A DNA stretch of 16,974 nt. Source: Candidatus Thorarchaeota archaeon. GTDB taxonomy: Archaea; Asgardarchaeota; Thorarchaeia; Thorarchaeales; Thorarchaeaceae. Both the position numbers and the translations under genes were made by a program. Where the stretch lies: the NCBI GenBank assembly GCA_016840855.1, contig JAEORO010000085.1, positions 1 to 16,974 of the forward strand, in the 5' to 3' direction. The notes beneath the pieces are model-generated. The model did no database searches, was not told the origin of the DNA, and was given only the letters and a program-made list of their open reading frames with translations. Shown here piece by piece: positions 8,127-15,738 of this stretch (position 1 is its first letter; every line of letters starts with the position of its first letter).

Positions 8127-10468
8127 TACTTTCCACCTCCAATGATTTGCTCCTTTAGGAGTGTCGGATCTGGTATCCTTCTCTCCTTCCAGTTGTGCTC
8201 CTTCATTTGAGTCAGAATCTTGTCTTTCAACGTGATTGGAATATCTGTGTCACGTCTTATGTATCGCCAGACATCTTCTGGGAAGAAGCCATAGTACTTC
8301 TCATGAACATCGATGTAGTGGCTCAGTTTGATGGAACGACCTTTGCCAGTGTCATTTGGTCGAAGAACAAGTTTTGCAGTCATTACATTTGCTTCAGCAA
8401 CAGTTTCTGCTGCATAGAAGAGATGTTCAGGACCCGGTGCTGTTACGACCCTATCTCCGGTTCGAGCATCATAGACTGTCCAGTCCCGTTCTTCTTCCGC
8501 CTTTCCGAGCAGCATTCTCCGGTATTTCGAACCATGTGGTCCCACAATCACAGGAACTCCAAGTCTCCAGAATCCTGCTGCTATAGATGCGGCTTTTTGT
8601 GACATCGCGCCCCAAGATATACCAACAGCTCCCACACGATTATGGATATAGTCAGCAATCTCCGCATAATTACCACGTAGATTTCTTTTAGCAAAAATCG
8701 CTGCAATCTTTATTGCTGCTCCAGCAATATGAGAGTTCGAAACACATGAGCCAACATTGACAACGCCACCAGCATCAAATTCACCTGTCCTTCTCTCATA
8801 GATGGACTGACCATTTTCATCTTTAACATGTCCAGCTGAAATCGCTGCGCATCCTGATGTCACAATGATGTAACGTCGCTTAGCGAACTCTTCAGCCATA
8901 TCGTGGACATCTTGGCCTCCACCTGGATAGTTAGCACATCCAACATGGGCAATGACTCCAGGAATCTCGCCGAATACAATTGGTTGCCCAACATTTCTAA
9001 TTTCAGTGTCTTGAATGGCTCCACGTCCAGTTCTCACCATGTGAGTTTCTTCTTTACAGTCTGCTTCTGCTGCTGCCACCATCCAGCTGTGCAAATCATA
9101 ATCATTCGGGCAAGCTGATTCGCAGCGTGCACAACCTATACAATTATGATAGACTTCTCGCAGGGGTTCAAAATTCCCAACTTGCGCCGCTAAGACTGCT
9201 TCCATAACATTCTGGTCATTTGGACATGCTCTAATACACTCACTGCATTTCTTGCATTCCTCAGCCATCTTTTGAATCTGTTTTTTAGATGGGAAAAACT
9301 TCATCTTTCTTCTCTTTGGTTTTAAAGCAAGAGCGACCTTAGTTGCAATCTCTCCCACAATTCTATGGTCCGGGATATAGGCACCTGGTATTTTTCCAGA
9401 AACAAGTTCCTCTACAATTGAGTCTGGGTCGTCATCCGATCTGTCAGGCAATCCCATTACTGCCTTATCACTTGTCGAGATGACAGGAGCTTTGACCTTT
9501 TTCGCCTCTCTCACAACGTCAGTTCGGACACATTGTTCGTCTACGACGATAACATCTGCTTTTCCGCTTCTGATGAATCTGAGTTGCCAAGAGATTGGGC
9601 CTACAACCTTTGCTTTTGGATCACGACGTGTGATATCCCAAGCAGTGCAACACATCCCACCTACTTCAGCGACTTCATGAAGTCGCTTTTCAGTTATGTA
9701 GTCAGTAATAGAGGCTGCCGGGACAATGTTGTGCCCAATTGTCAAAATGATGGCCTTATTTGTGTCCATCATACCAATTCCTGACTCAACCAGTGGAGCA
9801 TCTGGGTCTGCTTGTGGCATTCCTAGAGTGGAAATCTGTGCAAGATCTGCTATCTCCATGCTTAACTGGTCAATCATCCCTGCATGGAACACCTTGCTCT
9901 CGAAGTCCATCCAGTTCCCTTCTTGACCTGTTGCAGTCGCAGATAGAGTGTGGGTCATTTGGGTTTCACAGTAGTCGAGGATAATGCTTGCATCTTCTAA
10001 TGTTCGAGGACGCATTCCTGTGACTAAACGTGCAACAGGTGCATGTATCTCAGTACCGGGTCCTTGAATAAGTTCAGTTCTGGGCCCATACTCTTCTATC
10101 AGATGGTCTATCAGATGACGTGAGTGGGCTAAATGTGCTGAGCAACCTATATTAGCTGCAGCCAGTACAATTCTTGCTTGCTGACCTTTTATATCGAGTC
10201 CGCATGCGCCCCTTCTATCACCAGATAGATCGCATTTGCCCATTGTACATAAACAGCATACCTGACAGTATGGCATGTATGATGGTTGATATTTCGTCAA
10301 AATTTTATGATCCCATGAACGAAGAGTGGTTGGTCCTGGCATTGGGGTTGGTCCCATGGGTTCATCCCATTCATCGTCAACAATAGTGCCGATTCGGACC
10401 TCAAGCCCTTTGAATTTGCCAATTCCAGTGTCTGCTTCGTCCGCTCTGAAGTAAGCTTTCTTCTTCAT
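8126..10468 (-). CDS. cdhA: ACDS alpha subunit, archaeal Ni-CO dehydrogenase
   Basis: PMGPTP.P; B/D-cluster CQVCCLCTMGKC..CG; C-cluster ligand motifs GHN, GMCCT, DEQC, GCAN, SGC and GSCVSN; SQKA; E/F clusters CKKCSECIRACP and CIGCARCESACP. ATG 10468 is preferred to TTG 10510 because a TATA-like element lies at ~10517-10525. Confidence 0.97.
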   Translation of the reverse strand: MKKKAYFRADEADTGIGKFKGLEVRIGTIVDDEWDEPMGPTPMPGPTTLRSWDHKILTKYQPSYMPYCQVCCLCTMGKCDLSGDRRGACGLDIKGQQARIVLAAANIGCSAHLAHSRHLIDHLIEEYGPRTELIQGPGTEIHAPVARLVTGMRPRTLEDASIILDYCETQMTHTLSATATGQEGNWMDFESKVFHAGMIDQLSMEIADLAQISTLGMPQADPDAPLVESGIGMMDTNKAIILTIGHNIVPAASITDYITEKRLHEVAEVGGMCCTAWDITRRDPKAKVVGPISWQLRFIRSGKADVIVVDEQCVRTDVVREAKKVKAPVISTSDKAVMGLPDRSDDDPDSIVEELVSGKIPGAYIPDHRIVGEIATKVALALKPKRRKMKFFPSKKQIQKMAEECKKCSECIRACPNDQNVMEAVLAAQVGNFEPLREVYHNCIGCARCESACPNDYDLHSWMVAAAEADCKEETHMVRTGRGAIQDTEIRNVGQPIVFGEIPGVIAHVGCANYPGGGQDVHDMAEEFAKRRYIIVTSGCAAISAGHVKDENGQSIYERRTGEFDAGGVVNVGSCVSNSHIAGAAIKIAAIFAKRNLRGNYAEIADYIHNRVGAVGISWGAMSQKAASIAAGFWRLGVPVIVGPHGSKYRRMLLGKAEEERDWTVYDARTGDRVVTAPGPEHLFYAAETVAEANVMTAKLVLRPNDTGKGRSIKLSHYIDVHEKYYGFFPEDVWRYIRRDTDIPITLKDKILTQMKEHNWKERRIPDPTLLKEQIIGGGK

Positions 10469-10516
10469 GCTACGTTCAGTTCCTGTGCGTGGTAGAGTGG
10501 TCGGACGCAAATAGCC

Positions 10517-10539
10517 ATAATAAGCTTGTGAATTTCACA
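10517..10539 (-). promoter_or_regulatory. Putative archaeal promoter of the cdh operon with an adjacent palindromic operator
   Basis: Minus strand reads TGTGAAATTCACA-AG-CTTATTAT. A perfect 6-1-6 inverted repeat (10527-10539) abuts a TATA-like CTTATTAT about 50 nt upstream of the cdhA ATG. Confidence 0.45.
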
Positions 10540-10595
10540 TTTTTTTCAAATGATTGATTCGTAATCAAAAATTAACCATTCAAATCCACATGTTT

Positions 10596-10611
10596 AAGAA
10601 AGTAAACAAAA
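10596..10611 (-). terminator. Possible U-rich archaeal terminator after the upstream cooC
   Basis: Minus strand TTTTGTTTACTTTCTT about 35 nt after the stop at 10646. May simply be AT-rich intergenic DNA. Confidence 0.25.
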
Positions 10612-10645
10612 TCTTACTTATATTTTCATAATGAAATTTCAGTTA

Positions 10646-11443
10646 TTAACTGTTAGTTTCTTCGATTATGCGTTTTTTAATCTCGCGTATTGCAAGCATT
10701 CCTCGTGAATTGGGGTTTAAATCAATTGGTGCTATGCCTTTTCGATCAGCTTCCTTAATTGTATCATCCAATGGGACAATACCCAAAAGTTGAACTTCCT
10801 CTCTCTTCACCCACTCCTTTATCATATCTTCATCATCGGATGTTGCTACTTTGTTTCCAATAGCTAAAACTTGTCCGACATCAATGTCCTGAGCGAGTGT
10901 TCTTATCTTACCAAGGATGTCAAGTGAACGTCTACCTGGTTCGGCTACAACCAATAGTGCATCCATTCCTCTGGTTGTGCCACGTCCGAGATTCTCGATA
11001 CCTGCATCCATATCCATCACAAAAGCCTCATCAGTTCCGAGAATAAGGTGACGCATAAGGGTCTTTAGAAGAGTTGCTGAGGGGCACATGCACCCAGACC
11101 CGCCAATATCAACGGTCCCTGCCACCAAAAGGCTTACATTATCAGGACCTTGGATAGCAAATTTCTCTGCGAGATCATCAACCCTTGGGTTAAGTTTGAA
11201 GAAACCACTATATCCTTCAGCTCCCTTAATTTGCAGTCTTTCTTCAACAAGTTTTTCATTTTCCGTCAATGGCACAATCTTCATGGCTACCTCTCTCGGA
11301 ATACCCAAGGCTGACCAAAGTGTGTAGCTTGGATCTGCATCGACTGCGAGTATTTTGAGTCCATCTCTACCAAGTAGTCTCGCTAATGTTCCAGCGATGG
11401 TGGTCTTTCCAACTCCACCCTTTCCTGCTACTGCGATCTTCAT
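10646..11443 (-). CDS. cooC: CooC nickel-insertion ATPase (CODH-associated CooC1-like)
   Basis: 265 aa. MKIAVAGKGGVGKTT, DADP, FKLNPRVDD, GGSGCMCP, DMDAGIENLGRGT, EPGRRS, GNK. Confidence 0.92.
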   Translation of the reverse strand: MKIAVAGKGGVGKTTIAGTLARLLGRDGLKILAVDADPSYTLWSALGIPREVAMKIVPLTENEKLVEERLQIKGAEGYSGFFKLNPRVDDLAEKFAIQGPDNVSLLVAGTVDIGGSGCMCPSATLLKTLMRHLILGTDEAFVMDMDAGIENLGRGTTRGMDALLVVAEPGRRSLDILGKIRTLAQDIDVGQVLAIGNKVATSDDEDMIKEWVKREEVQLLGIVPLDDTIKEADRKGIAPIDLNPNSRGMLAIREIKKRIIEETNS

Positions 11444-11459
11444 TTAGCCACGCTCATTT

Positions 11460-12656
11460 CTATGTCATTTGACTACGTACAATCTCGTGCAATCTCTGTA
11501 AAACAGCAATCAGTGTTTCATCATCCCTAGATGCTTTCCATTTCTTGAACTCGATTTTATTCATGTCTAATCTCTTCATGCTTCCAGAACCTGAGATAAT
11601 AGGATCCGTTGTATGGATCGATACAGCCGCTCTTTCATCCGTCAATCCACCTGGTGGCCCAACATACACTATCTTTGTTTTTGTGAGTGCCCTTGCAGCA
11701 GGTCCTGGTAGTTTTGTTAATACATCATCGCCGACTATTAGAGTAGTATCAAACTCTCCTGCTGCTAGTTTCTGCAGTGAATCTACTCTAATTTTATGTT
11801 CCTGAACTAATTGGGTTACCCCCATAGTATTAGACTGCACAAACATTGGAAGAGCAAATGCGTCTTTCCCAGCTGCTCGTAATGTTGCAATTAGCTTGGT
11901 TATTCCTGAGAGGTTAGCGTCATGATTTCCAGAGTTAATCACACCTCCTCCATAGAAAATTATAATGCAATCAACCTTTTGCAAGCCTTTAACAAAGCCT
12001 ATCAATTCACTTGCAGGAATGCCTAATACCTTGGATTTGATTGCTGATCTGCCATCAAGCTCTGAAATAATAGTATCCAAAAGCTCTGCATCTGACCCAA
12101 TTGGAATAATGAGTCGATGGTTCGCCATTTTCATTGTTTCAGTTTGGCGAACATCAACTACTCCAATTGTTCGACTTTCAATACCTTCTGGTATCTTTTT
12201 ACCACGAGGCAAGACCGCAAACCTACTAGGGTGCCGGTGAAGACTTTCAGAAGGATTTGTACCCCAATATATGATGAATTCACCATTATTACGAACATAC
12301 TCAAGATCAATGTCGAGCCCACTCGTATGAATACCTTGTGACATTACTTGCAGAGGACCTAGTTCAGCGCTCGAACCAAAATGGCCCTTAAGAGTTGTTG
12401 CAAGGTCAAGTCCTTCCTTGACAGCCTCGTTCGTTGCATAGGTCCAACCAAATAGTAGTAAACTGTTTGCACTCGTAAGAATACTTGCCGCCTTCTCTAG
12501 CTTCCTCTCATTTGGCTCAATCTTGCTCGCTATAGCTGTTTCCAGATGAACCTGTCCTAGTCTACATAATCCTAGTGAGTTGATGTTTTTTCCTGATACT
12601 TCTGCTACTACGTCATCACAGAGCAAGGAACAACCATTGCAGACAATACTTTCCAT
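11460..12656 (-). CDS. Formylmethanofuran dehydrogenase subunit B-like protein (FwdB/FmdB family), predicted catalytically inactive
   Basis: 398 aa from ATG 12656, preceded by AGGTG. FwdB hallmarks: CNGCSLLCDD...CRLG, IIYWGTNP.ES..RH.SR...PRG, VVDVRQTET.KMA, IFYG.G and GSMKRLD. The CHGP and MRGH.N motifs are replaced by ELGP and MFVQSN. Confidence 0.82.
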   Translation of the reverse strand: MESIVCNGCSLLCDDVVAEVSGKNINSLGLCRLGQVHLETAIASKIEPNERKLEKAASILTSANSLLLFGWTYATNEAVKEGLDLATTLKGHFGSSAELGPLQVMSQGIHTSGLDIDLEYVRNNGEFIIYWGTNPSESLHRHPSRFAVLPRGKKIPEGIESRTIGVVDVRQTETMKMANHRLIIPIGSDAELLDTIISELDGRSAIKSKVLGIPASELIGFVKGLQKVDCIIIFYGGGVINSGNHDANLSGITKLIATLRAAGKDAFALPMFVQSNTMGVTQLVQEHKIRVDSLQKLAAGEFDTTLIVGDDVLTKLPGPAARALTKTKIVYVGPPGGLTDERAAVSIHTTDPIISGSGSMKRLDMNKIEFKKWKASRDDETLIAVLQRLHEIVRSQMT

Positions 12657-12666
12657 TAAGAAACAC

Positions 12667-13125
12667 CTACCAAATTTCAATCGCGTCAGTGCAGCAGTAT
12701 TGTTCGCATACCCTACAGTTCAACCTATCAGGCGGAAATCTCCGACACTTCTCAAGATTGATAATTTTAGATATGCCATTCTCAACCCTAAATACTGTGT
12801 CTTTACTCATTGCAGCTTTACCTTCACTTGTTGGAGGTTCAGTAGCAACATCCACGGGACATACAACAACACAATTGTTACAACCTGTGCATTTGTTCTC
12901 ATCGAGTTTGATTCCCGTTGCTTCTGCAGTGAGCATTGGAGTAACCATTTCTCTGATTTTAGTATAATTCTTCTCAAAACCTAATTCAAGGAGTGGAGGA
13001 CACTCATCAGGTGAAATGTCTCCGAGAGCTAACTTGGTAGCGAAAGCCATACAGGTCTTAGGTGCGCATTGTCTGCAGTTAGTTTTCGGCAATAGATTAT
13101 ATAGATCCATTGGGTTCAATTTCAA
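12667..13125 (-). CDS. Fe-S protein: CdhE/RnfB-type N-terminal Fe-S domain fused to an FwdG-like 2x[4Fe-4S] ferredoxin
   Basis: LLPKTNCRQC...CMAFA...ECPPL, then CTGCNNCVVVCP and C-x9-CRVCEQYCC. Likely start is TTG 13125 (GGAG 10 nt upstream); ATG 13110 is an alternative. The ORF-track start at 13194 runs into the divergent promoter region. Confidence 0.8.
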   Translation of the reverse strand: MKLNPMDLYNLLPKTNCRQCAPKTCMAFATKLALGDISPDECPPLLELGFEKNYTKIREMVTPMLTAEATGIKLDENKCTGCNNCVVVCPVDVATEPPTSEGKAAMSKDTVFRVENGISKIINLEKCRRFPPDRLNCRVCEQYCCTDAIEIW

Positions 13126-13290
13126 GATTAAGGGACTCCGTCGTTTTTCTTCTAAATTATTCTTCAGATTTTCATTGTGCACACGCCACAACAATTATCC
13201 GTTACGGTATGGACTTCTAAATACTACATTAGGACAGATTTATTGAATTTCACTCATCATGAAATCCGTCAAAATAATTACAGGAGACAC
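13126..13290. promoter_or_regulatory. Divergent promoter region between the Fe-S/fwdB-like/cooC unit and the hdrA-mvhD/fwdF unit
   Basis: AT-rich gap between head-to-head genes. TATA-like ATTTATT at ~13238-13244 is directly followed by TGAATTTCAC (13244-13253). AGGAG at 13282-13286 precedes TTG 13291. Confidence 0.5.
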
Positions 13291-15738
13291 TTGAGTCCAT
13301 TGAAGTCTAACTCTCAATCAGAATCAGCCAATAATGAGAGCGATAAGGTTGCTGTGTTCCTGTGTAAATGTGGATCAAATATTGCTGGACCAATAGACAT
13401 TGACGCTCTTAAGGAACGAGTGATGTCACGAGGGGTAGCAGTTGTTGAGATAATGGATCATCTATGTTCTGATCATGGTGTTAATGATCTAACTTTGGCA
13501 ATTCGTAAAAGTGGGGCTGAAAAAGTTGTCATTGCTGGTTGTACGCCACTTCTACATAAGGATCTCTTCAGCAATGCTGTTCGTCAAGCTGGAATCGACC
13601 CTGGCCATCTTCATATAGCAAACATACGTGAGCAGTGTAGCTGGGTACATAGCGACGACCGTGAGGCTGCAACATCGAAAGCTGCCACCATTATTGATAT
13701 TGGTTTGGCTGAAGTAGGTTTTTCTAATCCGACTAAGACCTATGAGTTGCCTGTAGTCCGCCGAGCAATGGTAATTGGAGGAGGAGTTGCAGGAGTAACT
13801 GCAGCTCTGGAACTCGCGGATCAAGGCATTGAAACAGTTCTCGTTGAGAAAGAAGCTTTTCTAGGAGGTCATATGGCAAAATGGGACAAGCTCTTTCCCA
13901 CCTTTGATTGTAGTATTTGTATTCTCGGTCCGATGATGGCAAGAGCCGCAAATCACTCTAGTATTCAGTTGATGGCACTTACAGACATAAAAGAAATCAA
14001 GGGCAGTACAGGACGATATTATGTGACATTGACTCAACGCCCCAGATACACTTCTACCGATTTATGTACTGGCTGCAATAGGTGTGTCGAAGTCTGTCCT
14101 GTTGATGTTATAGATGAATACAACTATGGTCTTGGTACGAGAAAGGCAATCGTACGGCATTCACTTGATGCCGTTCCTATTGCTCCGTATATTGATATGG
14201 ATAATTGTGTGGGTTGCCAGTCCTGTAGTGGAGTTTGCGAGGCGAAAGCCATACGATATGACGATTGTGAAAAAACTATCTCACTTGAAGTGGGTGCTAT
14301 CATAGTAGCTACAGGATTTCGCCCATTTGATGCTACTGCCGTGGAAGAGCTCGGTTATGGTGAAAATCCCGATGTCATCACATCCGTTGAACTCGAACGC
14401 CTCATTAATCCCTCGGGACCAACAGGTGGAAAGCTCGTAAGACCCTCCAATGGAAAAACTCCACGCAGTGTTGTGTTTGTAAACTGTGTTGGAAGCAGGA
14501 CTGCACGATTCAATCGACTATATTGCAGCCGAGCTTGTTGTGCGGAAGCAGTGAAACAATCTATCCAAGTTAAAGAGAACTATCCTGATTGCAGCGCTTA
14601 TGTTTTCTATACTGATCTTCGAACTGTCGGGAAAGGACACGAAGAGCTATATGTTCGAGCTGCAAATGAATACGGTATCCAATTTATTCGAGGCGCTGTA
14701 GGTGAAGTTGTCTATGACCCAGTGAAATGCAAATCCTTTGTAAGAGCAGAAGACACGCTTCTCAGGAAACTGATTGAGTTCGAAGTTGATTTAGTTGTTT
14801 TGATGGTAGGTATGGATCCCTCGCCAAGCAACAAACATCTGTCTAAACTTCTTAGAATTCCGTTGGATGAGAATGGTTTCTTCCTAGAGCAACATCCAAA
14901 ACTGAATCTAAGTGGAACCGCTTCGATGGGAATATTCCTTGCAGGCGTTTCGCAGGCTCCCAAAGACATCTCTGATACGGTCGCGCATGCAGGTCTTGCA
15001 GCCTCAAAGGTGAAGACTCTTCTAACAAGTAGTATGATTGTAACTGATATCAGCGTACCAACAATAGACCATGAAAAATGCATAAACTGCTTGCAATGCC
15101 AACAGGTTTGTGCTCCGAATGCAATCCGTTCAATTAATGGAGGAAAACCAGTTATCACTCAAGCAGCATGCAGAGGTTGCGGCGCTTGTGTTGCGGTCTG
15201 TCCAACTGATGCCCTTGATTTACCAAGCCTGACAACAGAGCAATTGATAGCAGCAACAAGGAGTGCTGTGCGGTTTAGTGGATCAAAACCAACTATAGTT
15301 GGCTATCTATGTAGATGGTGTGCGTACTCTGCAGCTGACCGGGCAGGAATGACAAGATTAACGTATCCTGTCAATATTCTACCTATCCAAGTGCCCTGCA
15401 CAGGCCGCCTTGATACTGAGATATTATTAACCGCCTTCGAAGAGGGTGCTGATGGAGTTGCTGTAATTGGTTGCCACGTTCAAGACTGTCACTATCGCTC
15501 CGGTGCCTTAAATGCACAAGTACGTACCGGAAATTTGAGAACGGTTTTGGAAGCAGCTGGAATTGATAGCAGACGTTTGTACTTTGGAAGTGTGTCTGCT
15601 TCCGAAGCAAGCGAATACGCTAAACAAATCACTGAGTTTACCAAGAACATCATTTCTCTTGGGCCCCTTGGAAGTGAAGCTACTATAAAAACAAAAAGAA
15701 ATCCCAGAAAGCCAGCGAAAAAGGATGTACTGAAATGA
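13291..15738 (+). CDS. hdrA: Heterodisulfide reductase subunit A fused to a C-terminal MvhD ([2Fe-2S]) domain
   Basis: 815 aa from TTG 13291. FLCKCGSNI, AGCTP, NIREQCSWVH, FAD motif GGGVAG, DKLFPTFDCSIC, inserted and C-terminal 2x[4Fe-4S] domains, ELERL, CVGSR, YCSRACC...K, PKDI. From ~15286 the MvhD motifs LCRWCAY.AAD, PCTGR and GCH..DCHY appear. Confidence 0.94.
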   Translation: MSPLKSNSQSESANNESDKVAVFLCKCGSNIAGPIDIDALKERVMSRGVAVVEIMDHLCSDHGVNDLTLAIRKSGAEKVVIAGCTPLLHKDLFSNAVRQAGIDPGHLHIANIREQCSWVHSDDREAATSKAATIIDIGLAEVGFSNPTKTYELPVVRRAMVIGGGVAGVTAALELADQGIETVLVEKEAFLGGHMAKWDKLFPTFDCSICILGPMMARAANHSSIQLMALTDIKEIKGSTGRYYVTLTQRPRYTSTDLCTGCNRCVEVCPVDVIDEYNYGLGTRKAIVRHSLDAVPIAPYIDMDNCVGCQSCSGVCEAKAIRYDDCEKTISLEVGAIIVATGFRPFDATAVEELGYGENPDVITSVELERLINPSGPTGGKLVRPSNGKTPRSVVFVNCVGSRTARFNRLYCSRACCAEAVKQSIQVKENYPDCSAYVFYTDLRTVGKGHEELYVRAANEYGIQFIRGAVGEVVYDPVKCKSFVRAEDTLLRKLIEFEVDLVVLMVGMDPSPSNKHLSKLLRIPLDENGFFLEQHPKLNLSGTASMGIFLAGVSQAPKDISDTVAHAGLAASKVKTLLTSSMIVTDISVPTIDHEKCINCLQCQQVCAPNAIRSINGGKPVITQAACRGCGACVAVCPTDALDLPSLTTEQLIAATRSAVRFSGSKPTIVGYLCRWCAYSAADRAGMTRLTYPVNILPIQVPCTGRLDTEILLTAFEEGADGVAVIGCHVQDCHYRSGALNAQVRTGNLRTVLEAAGIDSRRLYFGSVSASEASEYAKQITEFTKNIISLGPLGSEATIKTKRNPRKPAKKDVLK

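Noticed and set aside
10527-10568. Bacterial Rex-, CRP- or FNR-type boxes
   Set aside because: Half-sites look similar (TGTGA, TTGAT) but the spacers differ from the canonical ones and the locus is archaeal; no regulator is assigned.
11460-12656. Calling the fwdB-like gene a pseudogene, or an active fwdB
   Set aside because: The frame is uninterrupted with an SD and cluster ligands kept, so it is not an evident pseudogene. The active-site motifs are absent, so the plain fwdB symbol is withheld.
13126-13290. Apparent head-to-head overlap of ORFs 12667-13194 and 13177-15738
   Set aside because: Artefact of longest-ORF start choice. SD-supported TTG starts at 13125 and 13291 leave a 165-nt intergenic region.
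11460-15738. Selenocysteine recoding in FwdB, HdrA or MvhD, which are selenoproteins in some archaea
   Set aside because: No in-frame TGA. HdrA (DCSIC) and MvhD (CRWC, GC, DCHY) use Cys codons, the FwdB-like site has neither Cys nor TGA, and no convincing SECIS-like hairpin was seen.
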